A stretch of 64,000 nt of DNA from an uncultured delta proteobacterium (lineage in GTDB: Bacteria; Desulfobacterota; Desulfobacteria; Desulfobacterales; SG8-13), in assembly GCA_963848135.1 (NCBI GenBank), contig CAWKCK010000005.1, positions 186,001-250,000 on the forward strand, in the 5' to 3' direction. Position numbers and translations under genes: made by a program. The notes below the pieces were generated by a model. It searched no databases. It had not been told where the DNA came from and saw nothing but the letters and a program-made list of their open reading frames with translations. Of this stretch, positions 47,364 through 57,640 are shown piece by piece (position 1 is the stretch's first letter; each line of letters begins with the position of its first letter).

Positions 47364-48146
47364 TCAATCAAGCATCTGCCACTTGATCTGGAGCCGGTCG
47401 AAAAATCCTTCGTTTTCTTTGATGGTGATCCAGTGGTTCAGGTAATTAAGCCACACGACATCGTCCTGTTGAACGATAAACGCCAGATCGGCGGGCTTGC
47501 GCGGACTCGAAACCGGCACTACGGCCAGTTCGGGATGCGTTTGGACCAACCGCGAGGCTTCCAGGTTGCTGGTCACCGAAACCATGGCCCTGCCGGACAG
47601 GACTTCCTGGTAATCGCGTGCCGGAGATTCGATGGCGCGGATCGTTGCGTTGGGAAAAAACTCTTTGGCCTGCTGTTCATGACTCGTGCCGAGGGTGACG
47701 GCAACGATAACATCCGGTTTGTCGATGTCCGCCCATTCATTGAACCTCACCAGGTTGGATTTCAGGGTGATGGGGACGGTATTCACCTGGTAATAAGACT
47801 GGGTAAAACCAACTGTCCGAATCCGAGAAGCAGTGATAGAAGCGCTGGTGCTGATATCGTATTTATCGGCAACGATGCCGTTGATTAGCGTTTTCCAGTC
47901 CGTTGGAACGAAAGCGATTTTTACGCCCATATCATCGGCGAGTGCCGTCATTACATCGATGTCGAATCCTTTGTAGCTATTTGTGGCCGGGTCTTTAACC
48001 GACATGGGGTTCCAGTCACCGGTGGTGCCGGCCCGCAGGAGTCCGGCTTCGAGAATTTTGTGCAACCGTGACCGGCTTTGGGCCTCGGCGGCGCCAACGG
48101 CGAGGGCCAGCAGAACCATCAGTGACAAAGCCGTACGAATTTTCAT
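47364..48146 (-). CDS. Amino acid ABC substrate-binding protein (family 3, PheC-like)
   Basis: Signal peptide; GTTGDWNP, GFDID and WLNYLNHWI; AAGGAGG RBS. Confidence 0.9.
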   Translation of the reverse strand: MKIRTALSLMVLLALAVGAAEAQSRSRLHKILEAGLLRAGTTGDWNPMSVKDPATNSYKGFDIDVMTALADDMGVKIAFVPTDWKTLINGIVADKYDISTSASITASRIRTVGFTQSYYQVNTVPITLKSNLVRFNEWADIDKPDVIVAVTLGTSHEQQAKEFFPNATIRAIESPARDYQEVLSGRAMVSVTSNLEASRLVQTHPELAVVPVSSPRKPADLAFIVQQDDVVWLNYLNHWITIKENEGFFDRLQIKWQMLD

Positions 48147-48464
48147 GGATTCGCCTCCTTCGGGCAGTAGTGATCATTATTTTCACGTCATTCCATATCG
48201 GCGGAAGGACAAAGGGCAGTGTCGACAGAGAAAATAACAAAATAAAATCAGATTGTTTCTTGTCAACCGCAACGGCCGATGGATCTTTGTATCGCCCTGT
48301 TTGCACACAAAATGATCGGCAGACTTGCTCAAGAATAATATCCTCATATATATTAGACACTATAAATACTATTGACCCTTGGAAAAGGGGCACAATCGGA
48401 CACCGGCCAAAAGGGCTGGGAAAAGATTGTCCCGTATCCTGCTTCAGCGAACCGGGATCACGAA

Positions 48465-51400
48465 ATGCCGAGCCAACCAGTCCCAAGCGACGGGATCAAT
48501 AATACTATAACCAGAAAGCCCGCGCGGCTTATCCTGGCAATTGTCCTCGTGCTTGTCAGTTGCCTGGCAGCACTGCTACTGGCAAGCGCGTATGTGTACC
48601 GACACCCTTCTATCGCCATTCCCTTGGTTACCAAAAGCATTGTCGCCATTACCGGTCTGGAGGTCACGGTCGAAGAAATGTCCTACGGCCTCGCCCCCCT
48701 TCACCTGCATGCCCACCGTATCGTCGTGTCTCCGACAAAAGGCAGGTACGATTTCAAACTGAAATTCAGATCGATTGATGCACAGGCCCGGATGACCGGG
48801 CCCTTCGGCCGCCGCACCCTCACTGTCGAGCATTTGCGGATCGAGGGTTTCGACGGGTCGCTCTCGTCAGCCGGTCGGTTAGCGGAACTTCTCAGTGCAA
48901 TGGTCGCAACGGGTCCGCCGTCCCGTATCGGACGCCTGGCACGACTCCTGGTTCGTTATTTGCTCTTCTCCGACATCACGTGGTCCGGCGCGGAGATGGT
49001 TGACGGCCGGGTGATGCTCACGGACGAAGCGTGGCAAATGACATCCGCGGGAATCGATGTAAAAATGACGCCTCAGGAGGGAATCGACATCCGCGGGCAG
49101 TCCCTCGAAGGACATTACGGCCATCAATCCCGCTTCGCAGCATCCGGTTACCAGCTTCACCTCGACCCCGAAGATCCCGCGGTAATAGGCGTCATGGCCG
49201 GTCGGCTGCACATTTCCGGCAGCTTCTTTCAAACCCCGCGCTTGGTGTGGCGGGACGGTTCTGTCACAGCTGAAATGATCTACCATGCCGGCCGGAGTGA
49301 AATTTCGCTGTCATCCATTAATCTGGAGGGGCACGCGGTACCGCTCATTGTTTCACCAGCGGCAAATCTGCCGAGCCGCAAGGTGTCCTTTACCACCCAC
49401 GGTATTTGGCGAGTATCGGAAAAGGCCGTCGAACTGCCCGAGTGGTCCCTGACTGCCACGGATCTTTTGGTGGCTTCCGGCCGTGCCAGGATTGACACAA
49501 CCCCACCGTATCTTTTGCAGCTTGATCTCATGGATAGCCGGTTGGAGAACCGTGAGCTCGTTGACCTGTATGGCGCTGTCATGGACGGACCCCACCTGCC
49601 GTTGAACGTTTCCGGTGTCATTAAGGCCACGGGACATGCCGCCGGACCCCTTAACGGCACAATTAACTCATGGCAAGGAGACCTGAGGCTGACCCTGAAA
49701 AAGGTCCCCCTCGTTTACGGGGAATCCGGTATGCGCCTGACAACCGATCTGTCCGGAAATATCATCGCAACCGGACATCTCTTCGATCCGCAATTGAAAA
49801 TCGACCTCGATGCTGAAGCATTCGGATTCAACGGCTCCGGTGTATCGCTGACCGGATTTCGACCAAGCTTGAGTGCCGCCGGCCGCTTCCCTGTCCTGGA
49901 AGTCGCCCTGCGCACGCGTGGTGTCGGCGCCCTGATGAAGAGGGGCGATATCCGCATCGAGCAGGTCAAGGTCGAATGGGACAAGGGCCGGATAGATTTG
50001 CAGTCCTTTGATTTGTCACTCCCCCGCATCACCCTGTCCACGGGAACGCTGAAGAATATCACTGCTTCTTTGACGGGCAATCCTGGCCAAACCTTACTAA
50101 AAGTTAAAGGTCGCAAAAGCGGCTTCACCCATACCGCCGCTTCGCTGGGGTTCCTGCCGGCCGGCTGGAATTTCCAGACCGAAGATACCCTTGATCTGAC
50201 GGTCGAGTGGCAGTCTGGAAATCCAGTATCACTGAACGGCAGGATGGATTTGACGGATTTTCGGTTCTCCAGTCCGGATGAAAACCGCATCGGCGAGACC
50301 ATACAGGCCAGGGTCGATACAACAGCCCGGTACAGTGTCAAAAGCGGCATCATCCGTACGGAAATGAATTTTTCGGCCGCTGGCGGGGAAGTCCTTTGGG
50401 GCCGATACTACTTCGATCTCGGCGTATACCCCCTTGCTGCAACGGGAATAATGGCTTTCGATACCACCCGGCGCCAACTGACGATCGACCGTCTGACAGC
50501 CTCACTGAAGGAAATGGTGGCGTTGAATGTTGCCGGTTCGGTGCAATCGACAGCCCGGCGCACCAGCGTTGACCTGATTGTCAAAATGGCAGAGACGAAC
50601 GCGCGCAACCTGTATCGTCACCTGGTGGCCGAACCTTATAAATTCGACCGGCCATCCCTGAGCGAAGTGGAGATCGACGGGCGCATCAACGCTGAAGCGG
50701 CATTGTCCGGTAATATAAACGACCTTCACGCCCAGGGGCGCGCCTACTGGAAGAAAGGCCGCATCGACCAGGGAAACGGTTCCTTGATCCTTGCCGGAAT
50801 CGATCTCGACCTACCTCTCTGGTTTGAGGCAATCCCGGGGAAAAAGGCCGGATCTTCCCGCCAGGGGCACCTAACCGTAGCGGATATGAAACTGCCCCGT
50901 CTTGGTCAGCAACCCCTGCGGCTCGAATTCGAAGTCGGCCCCAATCGCATGGCAATCCCGCGCACAACGGTTCTTAACGCATTCTCGGGCCAGGTCGTGG
51001 TCGGGCCGGTGGCTGCGAGCAATCTTTACACCAATCGCATGGCATTGGAAACCGATCTTACCTTCAGAAACATCGACATCGACACCCTGCTCAAGGAGGT
51101 CTGGCCGCAAATAAAGGGGGGAACACTGACCGGGCGACTCGATTCTGTTCGGCTGGAAGGCCGCCGGCTTTTGTCAAACGGTCAGTTGACCACCCGTATT
51201 TTCGGCGGCAGCATCGATATCATCGATCCGGGTATATCCGGGCTGATGACGTCCGTTCCGGTACTCAAATTCTCCAGCCAAATCAACGACCTTGATCTGG
51301 AGCAGATGACGGCCGGTACCGGCTTTGGAAAAATCAGGGGCATTCTTCAAGGATCCGTGGAAGGCCTGGAGATCGTCGATGGTCAGCCCCAGCGGTTTGC

Positions 51401-51761
51401 CCTGAGACTGGAAACGGTGGAAAAAAAGGGCGTTCCGCAGAAAATCAACATCCGCGCCGTAGATAACATCGCCCGCCTCGGTGGCGGTGGCAGCCCGTTC
51501 ATGGGAATGGCAGGATCGTTTGCCAAAATCTTCAGGGACTTTCCCTACCAAAAAATCGGTATTGCCGCGCGGCTGGAAAACGATATTTTCCGCGTCAACG
51601 GAACCATAAAAGAGAACGGTACCGAGTACCTGGTCAAAAAAGGTGGTTTTTCAGGGGTTAATGTAGTAAATTTGAATCCAGACAATCGGATCAGTTTCAA
51701 AGACATGATCAAACGGATCAAACGAATTTCAGGCTCCCAGGGAGGGCCGGTGATCCGCTGA
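48465..51761 (+). CDS. YdbH/AsmA-like intermembrane lipid-transport protein
   Basis: N-terminal TM, about 1100 aa beta-strand-rich body, and adjacency to the YnbE/YdbL-like gene. Start uncertain (ORF from 48372). Confidence 0.75.
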   Translation: MPSQPVPSDGINNTITRKPARLILAIVLVLVSCLAALLLASAYVYRHPSIAIPLVTKSIVAITGLEVTVEEMSYGLAPLHLHAHRIVVSPTKGRYDFKLKFRSIDAQARMTGPFGRRTLTVEHLRIEGFDGSLSSAGRLAELLSAMVATGPPSRIGRLARLLVRYLLFSDITWSGAEMVDGRVMLTDEAWQMTSAGIDVKMTPQEGIDIRGQSLEGHYGHQSRFAASGYQLHLDPEDPAVIGVMAGRLHISGSFFQTPRLVWRDGSVTAEMIYHAGRSEISLSSINLEGHAVPLIVSPAANLPSRKVSFTTHGIWRVSEKAVELPEWSLTATDLLVASGRARIDTTPPYLLQLDLMDSRLENRELVDLYGAVMDGPHLPLNVSGVIKATGHAAGPLNGTINSWQGDLRLTLKKVPLVYGESGMRLTTDLSGNIIATGHLFDPQLKIDLDAEAFGFNGSGVSLTGFRPSLSAAGRFPVLEVALRTRGVGALMKRGDIRIEQVKVEWDKGRIDLQSFDLSLPRITLSTGTLKNITASLTGNPGQTLLKVKGRKSGFTHTAASLGFLPAGWNFQTEDTLDLTVEWQSGNPVSLNGRMDLTDFRFSSPDENRIGETIQARVDTTARYSVKSGIIRTEMNFSAAGGEVLWGRYYFDLGVYPLAATGIMAFDTTRRQLTIDRLTASLKEMVALNVAGSVQSTARRTSVDLIVKMAETNARNLYRHLVAEPYKFDRPSLSEVEIDGRINAEAALSGNINDLHAQGRAYWKKGRIDQGNGSLILAGIDLDLPLWFEAIPGKKAGSSRQGHLTVADMKLPRLGQQPLRLEFEVGPNRMAIPRTTVLNAFSGQVVVGPVAASNLYTNRMALETDLTFRNIDIDTLLKEVWPQIKGGTLTGRLDSVRLEGRRLLSNGQLTTRIFGGSIDIIDPGISGLMTSVPVLKFSSQINDLDLEQMTAGTGFGKIRGILQGSVEGLEIVDGQPQRFALRLETVEKKGVPQKINIRAVDNIARLGGGGSPFMGMAGSFAKIFRDFPYQKIGIAARLENDIFRVNGTIKENGTEYLVKKGGFSGVNVVNLNPDNRISFKDMIKRIKRISGSQGGPVIR

Positions 51762-51770
51762 TTCGAGGAG

Positions 51771-52322
51771 GTGCTCATGAAATCGAACAGCCGTGTATTT
51801 CGGGTCGTATTCTTTGTTGTACTCCTTTTCGTCGGGGCATGCGTAACGATCAACATATATTTTCCGGCCGAAAAAGTCGAATCGGTGGCTGGTGAGATTG
51901 TGGATGACATACGCGGCCCTCGGCCGGAAAACCCGCCGGAATCGGAACAGAAACGGCAGGGATTTTTCCGGGGCCGGTCGCTTCTGGCAGGCCTGCTTCC
52001 AGTTGCCTGGGCCCAGGAAGCGACAACGGTGTCAAACCCCGCGATCCGGGAACTGAAGGATCGGATGAAAACCCGCTATGGATTACTCAAACCCTGGTTT
52101 GCCAAGGGGGTCTTGAAAGAGGGCAACGACGGTTTTGTCGCCATCGTCCAAGCCAATAACCTGGGATTGAAGGACAAGGGGGCGGTTCGGAATCTGGTCA
52201 CCGCTGAAAACAATGACCGCCAGAGCCTTTACCGGGAAGTCGCTAAAGCCTTGAACATCGACCCCAGTCAGACCGGACGGATTGCGGAAATTTTTGCCAA
52301 GGAATGGCAGAAGTCTCTCTAA
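51771..52322 (+). CDS. YnbE-like lipoprotein fused to DUF1318 (YdbL)
   Basis: Lipobox VGAC, CVTINIYFP, EGNDG and ENNDRQSLYREVA. Confidence 0.8.
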   Translation: MLMKSNSRVFRVVFFVVLLFVGACVTINIYFPAEKVESVAGEIVDDIRGPRPENPPESEQKRQGFFRGRSLLAGLLPVAWAQEATTVSNPAIRELKDRMKTRYGLLKPWFAKGVLKEGNDGFVAIVQANNLGLKDKGAVRNLVTAENNDRQSLYREVAKALNIDPSQTGRIAEIFAKEWQKSL

Positions 52323-52504
52323 AACCAACCGGCTGAATTCAAAAGAAAAGGTACCCGCACCCGCTAGTCCGCATGAATCTGAGGCGGCCGGTTACCGGCT
52401 GCAAGGGACGGTTGAATATCTCACGGCGGATCGCGTCCCTGTTTCTTTCGCGCGTTTGTTTCACCGATCATTTATGCCACCCTTCCGTAATTCGATAATT
52501 GTTT

Positions 52505-52605
52505 CCCAAATTGAGCGTTTCATATTTTCGCAATATGAAAATGAACAATAAAAATAAGGAATTTTCCCCATCAGAATTTCGAAAATATAAAACGCTCAAT
52601 TTGGG
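52505..52605. mobile_element. MITE-like repeat, diverged family A (101 bp)
   Basis: TIRs CCCAAATTGAGCGTTT / AAACGCTCAATTTGGG and the internal TAAGGAATT shared with the other copies. Confidence 0.75.
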
Positions 52606-52648
52606 GTTTTAGAAATACGGCCTAAAAAAACTCGCCGGCTTTTCGCTC

Positions 52649-52837
52649 ATGCAAGCGGAGCGTCTCATGAGCCTGACATTTCGCATCCTTCTTGCCGCCC
52701 TGGTGCTGTTGCTCGATCTGGTGGTCTTTTTCTTTCCGATAACGGCTGTCTTTATCGCCTATGTCATCATATTCAATCCGCCGTGGTTCAAAGAATTCAT
52801 TCGGCGGCTCGATAAACCGGACGACATGAACCCATAA
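52649..52837 (+). CDS. Small membrane protein
   Basis: Hydrophobic hairpin followed by NPPWFKEF; start may be 52667. Confidence 0.6.
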   Translation: MQAERLMSLTFRILLAALVLLLDLVVFFFPITAVFIAYVIIFNPPWFKEFIRRLDKPDDMNP

Positions 52838-53035
52838 TGGCCGACGCCCCGGTCGGCGCCCACAAATCAACACCGTATAGAATACACCGGAGAGTCGGCC
52901 ACCATTGCAATGCTTGCGAAAATAGTCAAAAATAATTAGACTGCCGGTGTTCATGTTTTGAAACGATCGTCACTCACAGGGCCCGAGACTTTAATGGGCC
53001 GGAGCCTTGGACACCATCACCGACAGAAGTGCACC

Positions 53036-54451
53036 ATGTACAGACAACTTTTTGGATTCAGAAAGAATCCGTTCAGGCAGTCGCCCGATCCGGCGTACCT
53101 TTTTCTGGGCCGACACCACGAAGAGGCCATGGCCCATCTCACCTATGCCGTCATGAAGGGTGAAGGCTTCAGCGTCATCACAGGTATGTCGGGCGTTGGA
53201 AAGACCACGATTTGCCGGTCATTTCTGGAACAACTCGAGGATGATGTTCAGGCCGCATACATATACGATGCCGGAGGCCTCAGCCCGCTGAAATTGCTCA
53301 GTCGCATCAATACCGCGCTCCAAATCCCTGCAAACTTCAACAATATCAAGGATCTGACCGATTCGCTGAATGACTTTCTCATCCTAAAAACCCGCGCGCG
53401 ACAAAAGGTGGCCCTTTTCATCGATGATGCTCACATCCTCTCTAATGACGTGCTTGAACAGATCCGGCTCCTCTCGAACCTGGAGACCACACGCCACAAA
53501 CTGCTCCAGATCATCCTAATCGGCCGGCCTGAACTATCGGATCGGTTGGCCTCCCGCGAACTCAGACAAATCGGGCAGCGGGTTTCGGTCAACTGGCACA
53601 TCAACCCGCTGAGCTACGAAGAGACCCTCGCCTACGTCCAGCACCGGATATCGGTTTCCTCCAGCGGACCACCGGTGCGGTTCGATCAATCTGCCGTTCG
53701 CCCTTTGTACCGATTTACAGATGGTATTCCGCGCCGCATCAACTCGGCCTGTGATCGCATGCTCAAAGAAGCCTATGACCGTCGGGAAAGAATCATCGAC
53801 GAAAAAATTGCGAAAAGTGCTCTGCAGAAATTGACCGATCGCCGGGAAATCCGGCCGGAAAGGATGAACCGGTGGTCATTGCTTTTTCTGGGCGCAGCGG
53901 CTTGCCTGGCACTGATCGCGGTCATTGGTGGTGCCTATGTCATTAATAAGGGTCGGTTGGAAATACCCACAGCCGTCGTCATCGCCAAAACGATCGATCC
54001 GCCACCGGATACACCACCAGATACAGCAGCACCACAGGAAGCCGAACCCGCGGCAACCGAAACGAAGACTTCGGTCCCCGGGGACACTCTGCCAATTGAA
54101 GCACAGGCCAAAGCGGTCCCCGAAGAGACATCCATTGTCCCGGATGTTCCCGCACCCGCCGTCCCGGAAGCCGAGGATACCGCCGTCACGGACGAACCGC
54201 CGCTCCGGTTAACCCACTCGGTTCAGGTCGGCGCCTTTCTTGAAGAGTCCAATGCGCACAAACGGTCGCAGGACTTGAAAAAAAGCGGGTACCTCCCCCG
54301 CATCTTCACCGTCACCGGCCCCGGTGGCCGCAACTGGTTTAGCGTGCGCATCGGTGATTACCCCTCGCTTGAGCAGGCCCGGCAGGAAGCCGAAAAATTC
54401 ACCGCAATTGAAAACAAGCCGACAGCCGTGCGGCCCTATAACGCGTTTTGA
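53036..54451 (+). CDS. ExeA-like AAA ATPase with C-terminal SPOR domain
   Basis: GMSGVGKT, IDDAH, GIPRRIN, TM, then SVQVGAF...WFSVRIGDY SPOR. Confidence 0.88.
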   Translation: MYRQLFGFRKNPFRQSPDPAYLFLGRHHEEAMAHLTYAVMKGEGFSVITGMSGVGKTTICRSFLEQLEDDVQAAYIYDAGGLSPLKLLSRINTALQIPANFNNIKDLTDSLNDFLILKTRARQKVALFIDDAHILSNDVLEQIRLLSNLETTRHKLLQIILIGRPELSDRLASRELRQIGQRVSVNWHINPLSYEETLAYVQHRISVSSSGPPVRFDQSAVRPLYRFTDGIPRRINSACDRMLKEAYDRRERIIDEKIAKSALQKLTDRREIRPERMNRWSLLFLGAAACLALIAVIGGAYVINKGRLEIPTAVVIAKTIDPPPDTPPDTAAPQEAEPAATETKTSVPGDTLPIEAQAKAVPEETSIVPDVPAPAVPEAEDTAVTDEPPLRLTHSVQVGAFLEESNAHKRSQDLKKSGYLPRIFTVTGPGGRNWFSVRIGDYPSLEQARQEAEKFTAIENKPTAVRPYNAF

Positions 54452-54458
54452 TATCGAT

Positions 54459-55376
54459 ATGAGTGATTTCGAAGTCCTGGTCATCGGGCGCAGTTGTCTG
54501 GATGTTATTGCCGTCCTGAACCGATTCCCGCATGAAAACCAGAAGGCCCCCCTCGAATTCAAGTTCACCGAAGGCGGAGGCCAGGGTGGAACGGCCGCAT
54601 GCTGCATCACCCGCCTGGGTGGCCGCGTCATCTACGTTGGCAAGCTGGGCGACGATGAGGAGGGGCGCTTCTGCCACCAGCGGCTGAAAGATTTTGGCGT
54701 CGACACGCACCGGGTCGAGATCATTACCGGCGGGCGAACGCCTGTGGCGTATGTCTTTGTTTCCCAACCCAGCGGCCGCCGAACCATCATCTACGAACCC
54801 AGCCGGTTGCCGCCGGTTGACCTCTCACCTGAACTGGAAGAATTGATCTGCAGAGCACCGGTGGTCCTTCTCGACCCGGAGGTGACCTATCTGGGCCCGG
54901 ATTTGGGTCGTCTGAAAACCGATGAGACCATGATCGTCTACGATGCCGAACGCTGGCGGGACGGTTTGCCGGACATCATGGCGCTGGCCGACTTCTTCAT
55001 ACCGTGCGCGGATTTTCTGGAATCACCTGAGCTGGGTTTCGGCGGATTGTCTTTCGCAGAAAAATTAACCGCCCTGAAGGCAATGATCAAAGGGCGCTTG
55101 ATCGTCACCCGGGGGAAAGACGGTGCCTATTATTTTTCCGGAAGTGCCATCCGGCACATCCCCGTACCGGAATCCGCCGTAGCTGCCGCCGTCGACACCA
55201 TCGGCGCCGGCGACAATTTTCATGCCGCTTTTGCCCTGGCTGTCAGCCGGGGGTTGAACCTGCACAGTGCCGTGCGTATCGCCGTCGCGGTGGCATCGCT
55301 GTCGTGCCGTGAATACGGCGGTCGCAACGGTGTGCCGGGGTGGGAGGAAGCCGCCGATCTTGCTGAACAGCTATGA
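54459..55376 (+). CDS. PfkB family carbohydrate kinase
   Basis: GGGQGGTAA, VGKLGDD, VTRGKDGA and DTIGAGDNF. Confidence 0.92.
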   Translation: MSDFEVLVIGRSCLDVIAVLNRFPHENQKAPLEFKFTEGGGQGGTAACCITRLGGRVIYVGKLGDDEEGRFCHQRLKDFGVDTHRVEIITGGRTPVAYVFVSQPSGRRTIIYEPSRLPPVDLSPELEELICRAPVVLLDPEVTYLGPDLGRLKTDETMIVYDAERWRDGLPDIMALADFFIPCADFLESPELGFGGLSFAEKLTALKAMIKGRLIVTRGKDGAYYFSGSAIRHIPVPESAVAAAVDTIGAGDNFHAAFALAVSRGLNLHSAVRIAVAVASLSCREYGGRNGVPGWEEAADLAEQL

Positions 55377-55484
55377 GCCATTATTTCGGACAACCAGCCG
55401 GTCATTGAATAACGCGGGTCATCAGACCGAATCATCCGTATGAACCAAGGGTTTTTCCGTTGGGTTCGCAGAGTTAAACCCGGG

Positions 55485-56168
55485 CTAGAGCGCTATACGG
55501 GAAATCGAGACCTCTCCGCCAAAGCATACCGCCACGTCGCGCCCAGGCTCCCACGGCCGTTCGTGAATTGTACCCGCGTAAGTAAAAATGTCGTTGTCCC
55601 GGTTGTAGGTGTAACGATGGGGATTGGTATCCGGTTCGCAGAAGCGGTGCCTGATGCGGGAAAGACGATCCAGCGGGTGCGGTAGGTTGACGTTCCAGTA
55701 GCAACCGGCGGGCAGGTTCCGATCGAGAAGCATCCTCACGATCTCACCGGCCCAGCGCCCCGTGAGCTCCCAGTCGATCCGGCAGTCCCGGGCGATGTAT
55801 TGTGAAACCGCCATGCCCCGGTAGCCCAGAATGGCGGCCTCACGCGCCGCAGCCACCGTGCCCGACTGATAGATGTCCGACCCGAGGTTGGCACCGGGAT
55901 TTATTCCGGCAATCACCCAAGCCGCATCCGGTACGATCATTTTGATGGCCAATCGGACGCAGTCAGCCGGCGTACCACCGACGCTGTAGAAATTCTCGGC
56001 CCGGCGTTTTATCGTGATGGGCGCATGGGTCGTCACCTGGTGGCCGACACCCGATTGGGCCGTCTCCGGTGCCATGATCACCGGATCGGCATACGCCTGA
56101 ACCGCAGCCAGCAGGGCCTCGAGACCCGGTGTGTCAAAACCATCATCGTTTGTCAGCACGATTTTCAA
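55485..56168 (-). CDS. surE: 5'/3'-nucleotidase SurE
   Basis: VLTNDDG, QSGVG, GTPADCV, GINPGAN and SGTVAAA. Confidence 0.95.
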   Translation of the reverse strand: MKIVLTNDDGFDTPGLEALLAAVQAYADPVIMAPETAQSGVGHQVTTHAPITIKRRAENFYSVGGTPADCVRLAIKMIVPDAAWVIAGINPGANLGSDIYQSGTVAAAREAAILGYRGMAVSQYIARDCRIDWELTGRWAGEIVRMLLDRNLPAGCYWNVNLPHPLDRLSRIRHRFCEPDTNPHRYTYNRDNDIFTYAGTIHERPWEPGRDVAVCFGGEVSISRIAL

Positions 56169-57313
56169 TCTTTTTCGCCTCTCCCGGTCCCCACGGCCAT
56201 GTCGTTTGAATCCAACACGCGGCCGATATAGGTTGCAATTTCTTCCGAACCGTTGCTTCCCCGCCGCTGCCGGCGTGGCCTGGACAGCAGTTGGGGAAGC
56301 TTTTCCACCCAGCGACCCGAATTGAAATCTTCTTCTTCGATGGCGACACCGTCGATATATCGGTCGATAAAATCGACCAGTCCCGCAGATTCCGGATAGT
56401 GTTTTCGGGCCGCATATCCAAAGGGCACACCGGCCGAATACACTTCGGCAATCGTGCTGTAGCCGGCCTTGCCGATAACGACGTCGCTGGCATTGACCAG
56501 GTCGGGATGGAAAAAGTCAGAATGATGCGGCAGCAGGACCAAATTATCCCGGAATGCCGTCGCGCGGCTGCTGCCCGGTAAAATGAAACAAGCGTCCCGA
56601 AACGCCGCCAGGCGGTCCAAAAAAAGACATCTACCGGGGATTCCGCCGGTTGTGACCAGAACCATTTTCTGCGAAACCGGTATGCGGAGACGGCGCCGGA
56701 TTTCCGCCCTTTCGGTTCTGAACCTGCGACTGATCGGGCCCACGATCGGGCCGACCTTTCTCCCGAAGCACACCGGTTCGGTTTGAATGTGATGGTCGGC
56801 GGCGGCGAAAATCCGGTGAAGATAGTCGATGTGGGCTTCCATTGTGGTCGCCATCGACGGGTACCCGCCGTAGATCATGTCCCAGGTGAAATTTTCGATC
56901 AGCACCGTCGGTATACCGCAGTGGCGCCCGACGGCGATACCCAAGGGCGCAATGTCGCACAGGATCACTTCACACCGGTTCCTTGTCACCGTGCGAGAGA
57001 GATCCGAAACCAGATCCGGATCGAAGGGCAGAAAGGTGTTCAGTCTTTCCAGTGTCAGGTCCAGGTCTTCCAGGAAGGCCGATATTTGGACCAGGCCAAT
57101 ATCGCTTGTTACCGGATACAGGGTGTAGGGTACCGAAAGGGAGTCTGCGAAAAACTGCGGCGGTACTGTCGTGAATATGTCGAAGTGGCAGGAGGGACGA
57201 AGACTCCCGAGTGTTTCCATGACAGCGCTGGCGCGTGCGGCGTGTCCGAAGCCGTGGGGCGAAATGAAACAGGCGATTCTGTGATGTTCCGCCGGCCGCC
57301 GCCCCGCATTCAT
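56165..57313 (-). CDS. GT-B glycosyltransferase-like protein (arabinokinase N-terminal domain-like)
   Basis: ISPHGFGHAAR, NFTWD, DVVIGKAGYST and YPE; TAATG coupling to the upstream ORF. Confidence 0.8.
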   Translation of the reverse strand: MNAGRRPAEHHRIACFISPHGFGHAARASAVMETLGSLRPSCHFDIFTTVPPQFFADSLSVPYTLYPVTSDIGLVQISAFLEDLDLTLERLNTFLPFDPDLVSDLSRTVTRNRCEVILCDIAPLGIAVGRHCGIPTVLIENFTWDMIYGGYPSMATTMEAHIDYLHRIFAAADHHIQTEPVCFGRKVGPIVGPISRRFRTERAEIRRRLRIPVSQKMVLVTTGGIPGRCLFLDRLAAFRDACFILPGSSRATAFRDNLVLLPHHSDFFHPDLVNASDVVIGKAGYSTIAEVYSAGVPFGYAARKHYPESAGLVDFIDRYIDGVAIEEEDFNSGRWVEKLPQLLSRPRRQRRGSNGSEEIATYIGRVLDSNDMAVGTGRGEKD

Positions 57314-57600
57314 TAAAGCGCTGCCGGTGCGAATGTCTTCTCGAACCAGCAAGGGGGTTTGGCCTCTGGGCCGTCCATACCTTCGGCTTCGAAACAGGCG
57401 ATCGCGAGTTGAAAGGTATGGTAGTCCACGTCGAAACCGCCCCAGCCCAGGTAACGGAGCCGTTGGTTGACCTGGGCGTGGCTCATCCCAGGGTTGTTGA
57501 GGATGGCGCCCGCCAGACTTCTGATAAAGCCGGGAATGTTGCGGGCATCGATTCCCTGCTCTTCCAGGCGGTGTAACAATATCTGTTTAATCGGCTGCAT
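57313..57600 (-). CDS. Small hypothetical protein
   Basis: 95-aa ORF with GAGGAG RBS; first gene of the operon. Confidence 0.75.
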   Translation of the reverse strand: MQPIKQILLHRLEEQGIDARNIPGFIRSLAGAILNNPGMSHAQVNQRLRYLGWGGFDVDYHTFQLAIACFEAEGMDGPEAKPPCWFEKTFAPAAL

Positions 57601-57640
57601 CGGGCTCCTCTCACCGTGATTTGGTCACTGCAACATCTTG

